DNA from: an uncultured Rickettsiales bacterium
Lineage (GTDB): Bacteria; Pseudomonadota; Alphaproteobacteria; Rickettsiales; RI-342
Direction: 5' to 3'
Length of the DNA: 64,000 nucleotides
NCBI GenBank assembly: GCA_964538615.1
Contig: CAZIGK010000002.1
Span: 72,655-136,654 of the forward strand
A program made the position numbers and the translations under genes. Shown here piece by piece: positions 45,868 to 55,202 of the stretch (its first letter is position 1; each line of letters starts with the position of its first letter). The notes beneath the pieces were generated by a model, which saw only the letters and a list, made by a program, of their open reading frames with translations, made no database searches and was not told the DNA's origin.

Positions 45868-47556
45868 TTACCCGATCAGCTTCAGCAGGTTCTGCGGCAG
45901 CTGGTTCGCCTGAGCCAATACAGAGATAGAGGCCTGCAGGGTTACCTGAGCAGTCGCATACTTGGTGGATTCCTCGGAGATATCCGCATCCAGGAAGGTG
46001 GACTTCGCAGCGTCCGTATTCTGAATGGTGGTCTCGAGGTTGGCTGCCGCATAATCGAAGCGAGATTGCAGCGCACCGACATCCGCACGGATAGCCGTCA
46101 CCTTGTTGATGGCTACATCCAGAGCAGCAGAAGCCGCCTGAGCACTAGCCACATCAAGGATATTCAATGATGAGGTGCCTAAAGCAGTGGAATCCACAGA
46201 TTTCACCTGCACTTCAATATTATCTGCCACTTGGTTGCCAGTTTGGAAAGTCAGAGATGTGTTACCAGTACCAACACGGAATGCCGCTTTCAAAGCATCC
46301 TCGAAATCCTTAGCAGCGGTACCGTTCGTCAAGTTGCCGGTTGTTGCTGCAGAACCAGCCACCCAGTCAAACACAATACGCTCATTCGAAGCAGCATCTG
46401 CATTCTTAAGAAGCGTAATGTTTGCATCCGCAGCATAGGTACCGTTGGCAGGAATGGTGGCGCGATAAGAATCACCGTTGATGATGAATTCAATCGTTCC
46501 CGTATTCGTACCATCAGCAGCATCAACCCGGATATCTTCAACACGAACATCCTCAAAGTTATCCAGACGAACAACAGCGGTTGTACCAGCCAGTGCACCA
46601 GACTCATCGAGATCAAGTGTACGCGTCTGGAAAAAGCTGACTTTAGACAGAGCAGAATTGAGTCGGGTTTCAAAGGTTTCCGCCCCAGCAGGATCCGCCA
46701 CAGCAAGCGCGGCCAAGTTCAATTCAAAGGTGCCGCCACCAGCGGTTGCGGGATCACCCACCTCAAAGCCCGTCAACACGGTAGCACCAGCAGCCGCAGT
46801 GTTGGCAATGTTTCCGCGATAGACGAAGTCTCCGACAGTGATTGAGACGGATACGTTGTTGGCCGCAACAAATTCAACCTCGAACTTAGCACCACCCAAA
46901 TCACCAACAAACGCTGGATTGTTAATAACCGCATCCGCATTGAAACCGCTAGTACCAGCAGCAGCCGGCGTAATGGCGTTCACCAGAGCATCAACTTCAC
47001 CCGCAGCGACACCCGCTTTTAACTCTGCGTTTGTACCGTTGTACTCGTCGTTGGCAGCAATAGCAAGAGTCGCAATGGCTGCTGTACCTGCGGTAATGGT
47101 ATTCGTGTTGGTCTTAATATTTGCATCATCATAAATGCTGCCATTCAACAGGGTCACCTGGTTGAACTTGGTATTTTCCACCAGACGGTCAATCTCCGCC
47201 GTCAGGTTTTGAAACTCCTGATTCAGGAACCCACGCTCTGACGCAGACAGAGTACCGGAGGTTGCTTGCACCGCCAGAGATTTTTGACGCTGCAGAATTT
47301 CCCCGATGTTTTTCAAACCACCATCCGCAACAGACAGCAGGCTATTCGCTTGCTGAGTGTTACTTAATGCGGTTTTCAGGGTGCTTACCGTTGTACGCAA
47401 AATGGTACCAACAGACAAGCCCGCCACATCATCCGCTGCACGGGTAATGCGATTACCGCTAGACAGCTTGGAGATAGAGGCAGAAGAAGCTGTATTGGAA
47501 GAAGAAAGGTTTTTCTGCGCAAACATAGCAGAAATATTGGTATTGATACCTACCAT
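45868..47556 (-). CDS. Flagellin (copy 2, 562 aa)
   Basis: MVGINTNISAMFAQKNL...LSSGNRITRAADDVAGLSVG...LQRQKSLAVQA, with C-terminus SISVLAQANQLPQNLLKLIG. It is colinear with copy 1 through the variable domain. Confidence 0.95.
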   Translation of the reverse strand: MVGINTNISAMFAQKNLSSSNTASSASISKLSSGNRITRAADDVAGLSVGTILRTTVSTLKTALSNTQQANSLLSVADGGLKNIGEILQRQKSLAVQATSGTLSASERGFLNQEFQNLTAEIDRLVENTKFNQVTLLNGSIYDDANIKTNTNTITAGTAAIATLAIAANDEYNGTNAELKAGVAAGEVDALVNAITPAAAGTSGFNADAVINNPAFVGDLGGAKFEVEFVAANNVSVSITVGDFVYRGNIANTAAAGATVLTGFEVGDPATAGGGTFELNLAALAVADPAGAETFETRLNSALSKVSFFQTRTLDLDESGALAGTTAVVRLDNFEDVRVEDIRVDAADGTNTGTIEFIINGDSYRATIPANGTYAADANITLLKNADAASNERIVFDWVAGSAATTGNLTNGTAAKDFEDALKAAFRVGTGNTSLTFQTGNQVADNIEVQVKSVDSTALGTSSLNILDVASAQAASAALDVAINKVTAIRADVGALQSRFDYAAANLETTIQNTDAAKSTFLDADISEESTKYATAQVTLQASISVLAQANQLPQNLLKLIG

Positions 47557-47749
47557 GGGTCGTCTCCTACTTGGATAACATTAAATAACCGGGCTACCTG
47601 CCCAAACTACATGCTTAGATTATAAAATTAGCATGACATAATTAACGTAAGATTAATGCAGTTCCATCATTCGCGCAACTGTATTTTGATTGCATCAACC
47701 AGCGGGAGCATCGCTTGACCATCCACCGTGGCAAGTGGCCGCTTAAGCG

Positions 47750-49690
47750 TCAGCCTGCCTGCTTCATCGCACGTGGCTTGCTTTGTAACAGTGCGTGTAA
47801 GGTTTTGACCATTGCCTCCCTATCTACACCTGCTTGATTGAGCATATCGGTAGGCTTACCGTGATCCTGATAGATATCCGGAAAATGCAGACTGCGTATT
47901 TTTAGACCGTGATCCAGCAGCCCGGCGCCAGCCAGCCATTGCAGCACATGCGCACCAAATCCACCGGAGGATCCCTCCTCTACCGTCAGCAGAATAGCGT
48001 GTTGTGTGGCCAGTTGGTGCAGCAATTCGGTATCGAGCGGCTTGGCAAAACGGGCATCCGCCACCGTGATAGAATATCCCTGTTCAGCCAGAATATCCGC
48101 TGCACGCAAACTATCCCCCAACCGTGTCCCCAGAGAAAAAATTGCTGCATCCTGCCCCTGCCGAAGGATACGCCCCTTCCCAATAGGCAGGACATCGCCA
48201 CGTTCGGGCAACGTCACGCCCTCGCCCTCACCACGAGGGAAACGGAAGGCAATGGGTCCGGTGTCATAAGCGGTTGCCGTGGCTACCATGTGCATCAGTT
48301 CAGCTTCATCAGCAGGCGCCATCACCGCCATATTGGGTAATGTGCAAAGATATGCGAGGTCAAAACTACCGGCATGGGTTGCACCATCCGCTCCCACCAG
48401 CCCTGCCCTATCCAGTGCAAAGCGCACCGGCAGGTTTTGAATGGCGACATCGTGAATCACCTGATCATAGGCGCGCTGCAAGAAGGTGGAATAGATGGCG
48501 CAAAAAGGCTTCATGCCTTCCGCTGCCAGTCCCGCAGCAAAGGTGACAGCATGCTGCTCCGCAATTCCCACATCAAACGTGCGTTCAGGGTATGCTTTGG
48601 CAAACGCATCAATGCCTGTACCGGAAGGCATGGCCGCCGTAATGCCTACAATGCTATCATCTAGCGCCGCTTCTGCCAGTAATGCTTTCGCAAACACAGA
48701 TGTATAGGTCGGGGCTTGTGTCGTCGCTTTTTTTTGCACGCCAGTCGCTACATCAAACTGGCTGACACCGTGGTATTTTTCCGCCGCACCTTCCGCTGGG
48801 GCATACCCCTTGCCTTTCTGGGTGACCACATGCAGTAGAAAAGGCCCCTGATGTTTACTGTCCCGAATATTTTTCAACACCGGCAACAGATGCTCCAACT
48901 GGTGACCGTCTATCGGCCCAACATAATAAAAGCCCATTTCCTCAAACAATGTGCCGCCCACGGCTAATTCCCGCGCAGTTTGCTCTGCTTTGCGGGCAGC
49001 GTTAGCCAGAGGGCGGGGCAAATGCTGAATGACCTGTTTCCCTATATCCCGCAGTTGATGATACGGACGGGAAGAAACCAGACGGGAAAAATACGTACTC
49101 ATGGCTCCGGTCGGTGGGGCAATGGACATATCATTATCGTTCAGAATGACTATCAGACGGCTATCCAATGCACCGGCATTATTCATCGCTTCATAGGCCA
49201 TGCCCGCACTCATGGCGCCGTCTCCAATCACGGCAATGATATTCCGTTGTTCCTGCTTCAGGTCACGCGCAACCGCCATGCCCAACGCTGCGGAAATAGA
49301 CGTGGAACTATGCCCTGCCCCAAACGGATCATATTCACTTTCCGACCGTTTGGTAAAGCCAGACAAGCCGCCGGGCTGACGCAGGGTCAGGATGCGCTCT
49401 CGCCGTCCGGTCAGTATTTTGTGCGGATAGGCCTGATGCCCGACATCCCAAATAATGCGGTCATGTGGGGTGTGAAACAAATAATGCAGCGCAACGGTCA
49501 GTTCCACCACCCCTAACCCCGCCCCTAAATGCCCCCCCGTATGGGAAACAGCGCGAATCACATCCTGACGCAATTCCGCGGCCAGTTGGGGTAATTGTTC
49601 CTCAGGCAAGCGGCGCAGATCCTCCGGCAAGTGAATCGTATCCAGCAGCGGAGTCGCCGAAACAGGGGAGGAAGTATCATCGCGCGTCAT
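47750..49690 (-). CDS. dxs: 1-deoxy-D-xylulose-5-phosphate synthase
   Basis: [19 protein letters not shown] and the TPP motif [18 protein letters not shown]. Probable start is MTRDDTSS at 49690. Confidence 0.95.
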   Translation of the reverse strand: MTRDDTSSPVSATPLLDTIHLPEDLRRLPEEQLPQLAAELRQDVIRAVSHTGGHLGAGLGVVELTVALHYLFHTPHDRIIWDVGHQAYPHKILTGRRERILTLRQPGGLSGFTKRSESEYDPFGAGHSSTSISAALGMAVARDLKQEQRNIIAVIGDGAMSAGMAYEAMNNAGALDSRLIVILNDNDMSIAPPTGAMSTYFSRLVSSRPYHQLRDIGKQVIQHLPRPLANAARKAEQTARELAVGGTLFEEMGFYYVGPIDGHQLEHLLPVLKNIRDSKHQGPFLLHVVTQKGKGYAPAEGAAEKYHGVSQFDVATGVQKKATTQAPTYTSVFAKALLAEAALDDSIVGITAAMPSGTGIDAFAKAYPERTFDVGIAEQHAVTFAAGLAAEGMKPFCAIYSTFLQRAYDQVIHDVAIQNLPVRFALDRAGLVGADGATHAGSFDLAYLCTLPNMAVMAPADEAELMHMVATATAYDTGPIAFRFPRGEGEGVTLPERGDVLPIGKGRILRQGQDAAIFSLGTRLGDSLRAADILAEQGYSITVADARFAKPLDTELLHQLATQHAILLTVEEGSSGGFGAHVLQWLAGAGLLDHGLKIRSLHFPDIYQDHGKPTDMLNQAGVDREAMVKTLHALLQSKPRAMKQAG

Positions 49691-49771
49691 GATGGTATGG
49701 CATCTCGTCTGGTCATGAGAGTGGGAAGTTGTTATATACCCCATAGTCAGGAATTGCTAGGGGATTTCACC

Positions 49772-50566
49772 ATGCCGCCATTGTCTGAGCCTATACCGCA
49801 CTCTTCGCTATACCACATTCTTCCCGTTTGGTGGAACCGCAAGCTTTGGCTGTCTGTGCTGGGGGTGGTATGGATAGCCTGTATCGGTTACCATAGCATC
49901 CAGCCAGTCTGGGCACTGCCAGCGCATATTGTTGTAGATACGCCGGAAACGCTGGCAACTTTTCATTGCCGGCAAATCTACGCATCCGCCAAAGATAACA
50001 TGTTGCTAACGACCGATAGCCTGAATAGTCTGGCCGGGGAAGGACAATTGGAAACCCTGCTGTCACCAGAAGAGGTCAATAAGTTGCGGCAGGAATTTGG
50101 GATAGCACCGGATTTTGGCTTTCTCTTACCCGGTCGCTGGAATGCCATGACACGCGATGAACGGCTGCGCTTTAACCTGCTTATGGCTGCTTTTTTGCGA
50201 CATATCTACCATTTGCCCACCGATGGTACGGTGGTTGATAAATGCCACGCCAAACGCCTGACCCCTGTTGCCGCAGGGAATCCTAATCAGCCAATGCAGC
50301 ACGTGCGCTTTGCCAAAACCGCACTCACAACCCTTGGGCTGAATGGAAACCCCGGCTTTGTCCCGGTAGTCTACCTGTTCAACCGTGCGGATGCTTCGGA
50401 ACGCTGGCAGATGAGCGATATGCAAATAGCGGGTGTCAGCCTGCGTCAACATATGGAAACCTTGTTACCTGAACGCATGGCAAAAGGAGGTTTCAGCCAA
50501 TTATTTGATGATTTGCAAGACATTGTGGACGAAAAACGGGAGGTGGGGGAATATTTCCCCCGCTAG
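49772..50566 (+). CDS. Membrane-anchored MlaC/Ttg2D-like lipid-binding protein (tentative)
   Basis: N-terminal anchor LWLSVLGVVWIACIGY. RWNAMTRDERLRFNLLMAAFLRHIY and RWQMSDMQIAGVSLRQHM resemble the MlaC-family pattern (W..ls..q...F ... Wkv.Dv.ieGvSl). No other mla genes lie adjacent. Confidence 0.5.
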   Translation: MPPLSEPIPHSSLYHILPVWWNRKLWLSVLGVVWIACIGYHSIQPVWALPAHIVVDTPETLATFHCRQIYASAKDNMLLTTDSLNSLAGEGQLETLLSPEEVNKLRQEFGIAPDFGFLLPGRWNAMTRDERLRFNLLMAAFLRHIYHLPTDGTVVDKCHAKRLTPVAAGNPNQPMQHVRFAKTALTTLGLNGNPGFVPVVYLFNRADASERWQMSDMQIAGVSLRQHMETLLPERMAKGGFSQLFDDLQDIVDEKREVGEYFPR

Positions 50567-50720
50567 CCCGCTGTGAGGTGACTTGCGCCATACAGAAAAC
50601 TGTGCATACTGCACTCGGTATATGTGGCAATGCTGCACATACCATATATCGTGATGATGCGTTCCCGCGCATGATCTCATAACATACAATTGTTCGCTAA
50701 AAACCAAAAGGAAACGGCCT

Positions 50721-51242
50721 ATGCAGCCCGTGACCGCAGTGATATCGCTGGTGATGCTACTGGCTCTGTGCTGGCTGGTGTGGTCTGGCATGTGGAGTTA
50801 CCCGTTTTTAATGGGGTGTGGGGTTGTGAGTATCCTGCTGGTGCTCGCAGCCACCCGCTGGCTGGGTTTGCAAGACCGGGAGGCACATGCCGGTCAGCTC
50901 GGCCCACGCTTCTGGCTTTATGCGCTGTGGCTACTGAAGGAAATGTTCGTGAGTTCCATTCGGGTCATTGGCCGCGTGTTATCAATACAGGGGGCTATTT
51001 CTCCAACCTTTGGGTGGGTCGTATCCCGCGTGCGGCATCCGTTTGGACACGCAGTCTACGCCAATTCCATCACCCTCACCCCCGGTACTGTAACCGTAGC
51101 GCTGGAAAAAACACCGACGCTGAATCAGACTGAAAATGAGACCCGGCTTTACATCCATGCGCTGGAGCATGCCAGCCTGTCCGATTTGCGGCAAGGCCAC
51201 ATGCAAGCCATGCAAAAGCGCCTGACAGGAGATGCGTCATGA
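50721..51242 (+). CDS. mrpE: Mrp-type cation/proton antiporter subunit E
   Basis: LLKEMFVSSIRVIGRVL and ANSITLTPGTVTVALE are MnhE-like. Confidence 0.8.
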   Translation: MQPVTAVISLVMLLALCWLVWSGMWSYPFLMGCGVVSILLVLAATRWLGLQDREAHAGQLGPRFWLYALWLLKEMFVSSIRVIGRVLSIQGAISPTFGWVVSRVRHPFGHAVYANSITLTPGTVTVALEKTPTLNQTENETRLYIHALEHASLSDLRQGHMQAMQKRLTGDAS

Positions 51243-51598
51243 ATGAGATAGGGGTGCATCATCTGCTGGTTGCTGCCTTACTGCTGGTTGTAACCAGCAT
51301 GATACTCGTCCTGATACGCGCTCTGCGTGGCCCCACCGCGCATGATCGTATTCTGGCTGGCAATGCCTTTGGCTCCAACACGGTACTCGCCATTATTTTA
51401 TTGGCGTATGTGGTGGATAACCCCATGTTTCTGGATATTGCACTGGTCTATGCCACCATCAATTTCATCGGTACTATCGCCTTGTTAAAGCTGTTTCGTT
51501 TTGGCCGGTTTGATGCAGTCTGGACAGAGCAACCCTCCGTGGAAAGAGACCACAAAGCAGCGTCTTCTCACCCTCACTCTCATCCCCAGCAAGGGTAG
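51239..51598 (+). CDS. mrpF: Mrp-type antiporter subunit F
   Basis: Three-TM small subunit (RALRGPTAHDRILAGNAFGSNT...) with an ATGA overlap to mrpE. Confidence 0.75.
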   Translation: MNEIGVHHLLVAALLLVVTSMILVLIRALRGPTAHDRILAGNAFGSNTVLAIILLAYVVDNPMFLDIALVYATINFIGTIALLKLFRFGRFDAVWTEQPSVERDHKAASSHPHSHPQQG

Positions 51599-51603
51599 GC
51601 CCT

Positions 51604-52008
51604 ATGGTATTGTCTGAATCTTTGCTCGCGTCCATTGGTGCATGTCTGGCATTTCTGGCCGCGTTGATTTCGCTGGTGGGAGCCATTGGTATGTTACGCT
51701 TCCCTGATTTTTTCAGCCGCCTTCATCCGGCATCCCTGAAAGATTCGTTAGCCTTGCCATGCCTTATTGTGGGTTTGATATGCGTAACGGGTCTGGAGTT
51801 GGAATCCGCCAAGTTAGTCCTTGTTCTGGTGTTCGTACTGGCAACCGGCCCTGCCGCAGCCCATGCACTGGCGCATTCCGCTCTGATTGTGCAGCATGAG
51901 GCGGAGGCCGATGTTGTCGCCAACGAAACGTTGAATGAAGCCCTGCATCTAGGCAGGCATGAACGTATGCAAGACTCCCCAGGCCACCGTGACGGAGACG
52001 CCATATGA
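51604..52008 (+). CDS. mrpG: Mrp-type antiporter subunit G
   Basis: GMLRFPDFFSRLHPASLKDSL is the MnhG signature region. Confidence 0.8.
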   Translation: MVLSESLLASIGACLAFLAALISLVGAIGMLRFPDFFSRLHPASLKDSLALPCLIVGLICVTGLELESAKLVLVLVFVLATGPAAAHALAHSALIVQHEAEADVVANETLNEALHLGRHERMQDSPGHRDGDAI

Positions 52009-53063
52009 CCGATTTTCTGGCCGATCCCCACGGGCTGCTAAGCCTGATGTTATTTGCCATTTTGCTGGTGACAACGCTTGGGGTTATTTATATCCGCGAT
52101 TTGCTTGGATCTGTGCTGCTATTCGGCATTTTCAGCCTGATTATGGCTTTGCTGTATCTGGTGATGGAGGCCCCCGATGTCGCCATTACGGAAGCGGCTG
52201 TTGGCGCAGGTATCAGCAGTATTATTTTTCTGACCGCTATTGTTTTTACCGGACGCAACAGCATTCAGGCGCGGCATCGCACCTGGCCTGCGAAATTACT
52301 GGTCACTCTGCTGGGGTTATGCCTGCTCTATGCCACGCAGGATATGCCTGTCTATGGAGATATAGAAGCCCCGATCCACCAGCATGTTGCCCCCTATTAT
52401 CTGCGGGAAACCATGGCGGAAATTGGCATTCCCAACGTGGTGACGGCTGTGCTGGCCAGTTATCGGGGGTTTGATACGCTGGGGGAAGTCAGTGTGGTCT
52501 TTACCGCTATGGCGGCCGTGTTGCTATTGCTTTGGCCGCAGGGAAGTAGCAACACAGCCCAGACAGGGGCAAACCCCGCACCAGCGGATGCCACCCCCAA
52601 GGGCGCCATGCACGATATGCTGGTGCTGCGCATTGTCAGCAAATTGACGATACCGTTTATTCTCCTGTTTGGCCTCTATGTCCTGACACATGGGGAGTAT
52701 AGTCCGGGTGGCGGTTTTCAGGCAGGGGTCATTGTCGCTGCTGGGTTCCTTCTGTACGCCCTTATTTTCGGAGCGGATACTCTACTACAGAAATGTGGCT
52801 TCCCCACCCTCCAGAAATTAGCCGCGCTAGGAGCCATGATGTTTGGTGGCACGGGCGTGATTGCTGTCTTGCGAGGAGGAAATTTTCTGGAGTTTTCCAG
52901 CCTGCATGTGAACCCTCTTACCGGACAATTTTTGGGTATTTTCACGGCAGAAGTAGGCATCGGCCTGACAGTTTGCGCGGTGATGATGGCGTTGTATCTG
53001 CGTTTTGCCACCCATCAAACGGATGCCGGGGAACATTCCATCCGGCAAACCGAGGAGGATTAA
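52005..53063 (+). CDS. mrpB: Fused MbhD-like (DUF4040) + MnhB subunit
   Basis: DVAITEAAVGAGISSIIFL (DUF4040/MbhD-like) followed by NVVTAVLASYRGFDTLGEVSVVFTA (MnhB). It has an ATGA overlap with mrpG. Confidence 0.75.
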   Translation: MTDFLADPHGLLSLMLFAILLVTTLGVIYIRDLLGSVLLFGIFSLIMALLYLVMEAPDVAITEAAVGAGISSIIFLTAIVFTGRNSIQARHRTWPAKLLVTLLGLCLLYATQDMPVYGDIEAPIHQHVAPYYLRETMAEIGIPNVVTAVLASYRGFDTLGEVSVVFTAMAAVLLLLWPQGSSNTAQTGANPAPADATPKGAMHDMLVLRIVSKLTIPFILLFGLYVLTHGEYSPGGGFQAGVIVAAGFLLYALIFGADTLLQKCGFPTLQKLAALGAMMFGGTGVIAVLRGGNFLEFSSLHVNPLTGQFLGIFTAEVGIGLTVCAVMMALYLRFATHQTDAGEHSIRQTEED

Positions 53064-53067
53064 CTCT

Positions 53068-53514
53068 ATGATTTATTGGCAGGAGTGGCTGGATTCCCTC
53101 AACATTGCCGGGCATGCAAACCAGTGGGCAGCTATCTTGCTCATGATGCTTGGTTTTTATGTGGTATTATCCAGTCGGCATCTGGTGAAAAAACTGATTG
53201 GGCTGGGTATTTTTCAAACATCGGTGCTGCTGTTGTATATATCCGGCGCATGGATTAAGGGAACCGTTGCCCCCATTTTGCAGGAAAACCCGACCATCAC
53301 CTACAGTAATCCCGTACCCCACGTGCTCATGTTGACCGCCATTGTCGTCGGGGTCGCAACGCTTGCTGTGGGCTTGGCGCTGGTGGTGCGTATTCGGAGC
53401 TGCTATGGCACAGTGGAAGAAGACCTGCTAGTTGCCATGGATAACGCCGACAGTGAGCGCGGCAATGCGGCTGTATTACGCCAGCTCAAGGATCATCGCG
53501 GAGGGGAATGGTAA
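53068..53514 (+). CDS. mrpC: Mrp-type antiporter subunit C (NuoK-like)
   Basis: Three-TM NuoK-like subunit LIGLGIFQTSVLLLYIS...HVLMLTAIVVGVATLAVGLALV. Start chosen at MIYWQEW (53068). Confidence 0.75.
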   Translation: MIYWQEWLDSLNIAGHANQWAAILLMMLGFYVVLSSRHLVKKLIGLGIFQTSVLLLYISGAWIKGTVAPILQENPTITYSNPVPHVLMLTAIVVGVATLAVGLALVVRIRSCYGTVEEDLLVAMDNADSERGNAAVLRQLKDHRGGEW

Positions 53515-55202
53515 TGTTAGCGGCTCATTTTGCCATTCTGCCGGTCATTGCTCCGCTGTTCATGGCGCCTTTCTCTGCGCTCTTCCGCTGCGGCAAAATC
53601 AGTTGGGCTCTGGCGACGCTGGTAGCTGTGCTGGGTGCCTACGCCTCTCTGCACCTTGCAGGTGGCGTCTTGCGCGGAGAGGATATCCACTATTTCATGG
53701 GCGACTGGCAACCCCCATTTGGCATTGAATATCAAGTGGATGCGTTAAGCGCATTACTGCTGCTGGTGATTAATGGTATGGCGGCGGTCATGTTACCGTT
53801 TGCCTATGCCAGTATCCAACGGGAATTATTGCCGGGGCAACAGGCGTTATTCTACAGCCTGTTTTTGCTCTGTCTGGCCGGATTAAACGGCATGGTGCTT
53901 ACCTATGATACGTTTAACTTATATGTGTTTCTGGAAATATCATCCCTCGCCACCTATGCCATGATTGGTCTGGGCAGAGACAGACGCGCTCTGACTGCCG
54001 CCTTCCAATATCTGGTGTTGGGTACCATCGGGGCAACATTTTTCCTGATCGGGGTGGGATTGCTGTACCTGCAAACCGGAACCCTGAACATGGGAGATTT
54101 AGCAGCACGGCTACCAGCGGTGGCAACAACGCGCCCGGTTCTGGCAGCCTTTGCCTTTCTCACCGTTGGGCTGAGCATGAAATTTGCTCTGTTTCCCTTG
54201 CATATGTGGCTACCCAATGCCTACGCCTACGCACCATCTTTTGTTTCCTCTTTTCTGGCTGCCACAGCGACCAAAGTGGGTATTTATGCGTTACTACGCA
54301 TTACACTCACCGTGTTTGGCATCGATTTCAGTTTTGGGGAAATGCCGCTCGGTACTGCCCTGCTCATTCTCTCCACATTGGCGATTCTTATTGGTTCCTA
54401 CGTGGCGGTACATCAGTATAACGTCAAAAAATTACTGGCCTTTTCAAGTGTTGCCCAGATTGGCTATATCGCGATGGGGATTGGCCTTGGCAGTGTAGCG
54501 GGGCTGACAGCGGGCATGATTCACATCGCGAATCATGCGCTGGCAAAAGGCGCCTTGTTCCTGACTCTGGGGTGTATGGCTTATCGCCTTAACGAAGTGG
54601 GTATTGCCAGCTTGCGGCTGGATCATCTAAGCGGTCTGGCCAAACGTATGCCACTTACTGCCATGGCCTTTGTACTTTCTGGTCTGGCGTTGATTGGTAT
54701 TCCGCTTTCTGCAGGATTTATCAGCAAATGGTACCTGATTCTCGCCGCACTGGATAGCGGTGCCTGGGAGCTACTGGCCGTGATTATTGCGGGTTCCTTG
54801 CTGGCCATGATTTATATCTGGCGAGTAGTGGAAGTGCTGTATTTCCGCCCCTTGGGGGATGCGCAAATGCGCCTGAAAGAAGCCCCGCTCCTGTTGTTAA
54901 TACCGGCATGGCTGCTGGTCGCCGCTAGCTATTACTTTGGTCTGGATACCCGCTATACTATTGGTATTTCCAAACAAGCCGCCAGTAGCCTGTTTGAGCG
55001 GCATCTGGATATTCAACTCAGTGATCCTGCGTTGGAATCCGATGAAGTGCTGCCGGAAAATGGGGAATCAGACACAACCAGCGACACCACAGACACCACT
55101 GATCCGGAAGAGATGCTGGAAGAAGGTGCGGACTCTCTCTCCCCTCCCCCCTCCATCCCGTCAAAGAATCAACCGGCTTCCGCAGGAGAGGCGCAACCAT
55201 GA
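53508..55202 (+). CDS. mrpD: MrpD / NuoN-like proton-conducting antiporter subunit (copy 1) with an acidic C-terminal tail
   Basis: Polytopic protein. FLEISSLATYAMIG, LAFSSVAQIGYIAMG and HALAKGALFL are NuoL/M/N-family motifs. The start overlaps the mrpC stop. Confidence 0.85.
   Translation: MVMLAAHFAILPVIAPLFMAPFSALFRCGKISWALATLVAVLGAYASLHLAGGVLRGEDIHYFMGDWQPPFGIEYQVDALSALLLLVINGMAAVMLPFAYASIQRELLPGQQALFYSLFLLCLAGLNGMVLTYDTFNLYVFLEISSLATYAMIGLGRDRRALTAAFQYLVLGTIGATFFLIGVGLLYLQTGTLNMGDLAARLPAVATTRPVLAAFAFLTVGLSMKFALFPLHMWLPNAYAYAPSFVSSFLAATATKVGIYALLRITLTVFGIDFSFGEMPLGTALLILSTLAILIGSYVAVHQYNVKKLLAFSSVAQIGYIAMGIGLGSVAGLTAGMIHIANHALAKGALFLTLGCMAYRLNEVGIASLRLDHLSGLAKRMPLTAMAFVLSGLALIGIPLSAGFISKWYLILAALDSGAWELLAVIIAGSLLAMIYIWRVVEVLYFRPLGDAQMRLKEAPLLLLIPAWLLVAASYYFGLDTRYTIGISKQAASSLFERHLDIQLSDPALESDEVLPENGESDTTSDTTDTTDPEEMLEEGADSLSPPPSIPSKNQPASAGEAQP

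Noticed and set aside
46231-46845. 204-aa plus-strand ORF (and overlapping 46478..46822) antisense to flagellin copy 2
   Set aside because: Same reasoning: it is a shadow of a strongly supported gene on the other strand, with no RBS or motif support.
40985-47556. The duplicated flagellin/flaG units as an assembly duplication or collapsed repeat
   Set aside because: The two copies differ at many positions in both DNA and protein: about one third of the first 60 residues differ. They also have different upstream regions, which is inconsistent with an assembly artefact.
47590-47604. TGGGCAGGTAGCCCG upstream of flagellin copy 2 as a sigma54 promoter
   Set aside because: The GG and GC dinucleotides are not at the invariant spacing in any register, so I do not call it.
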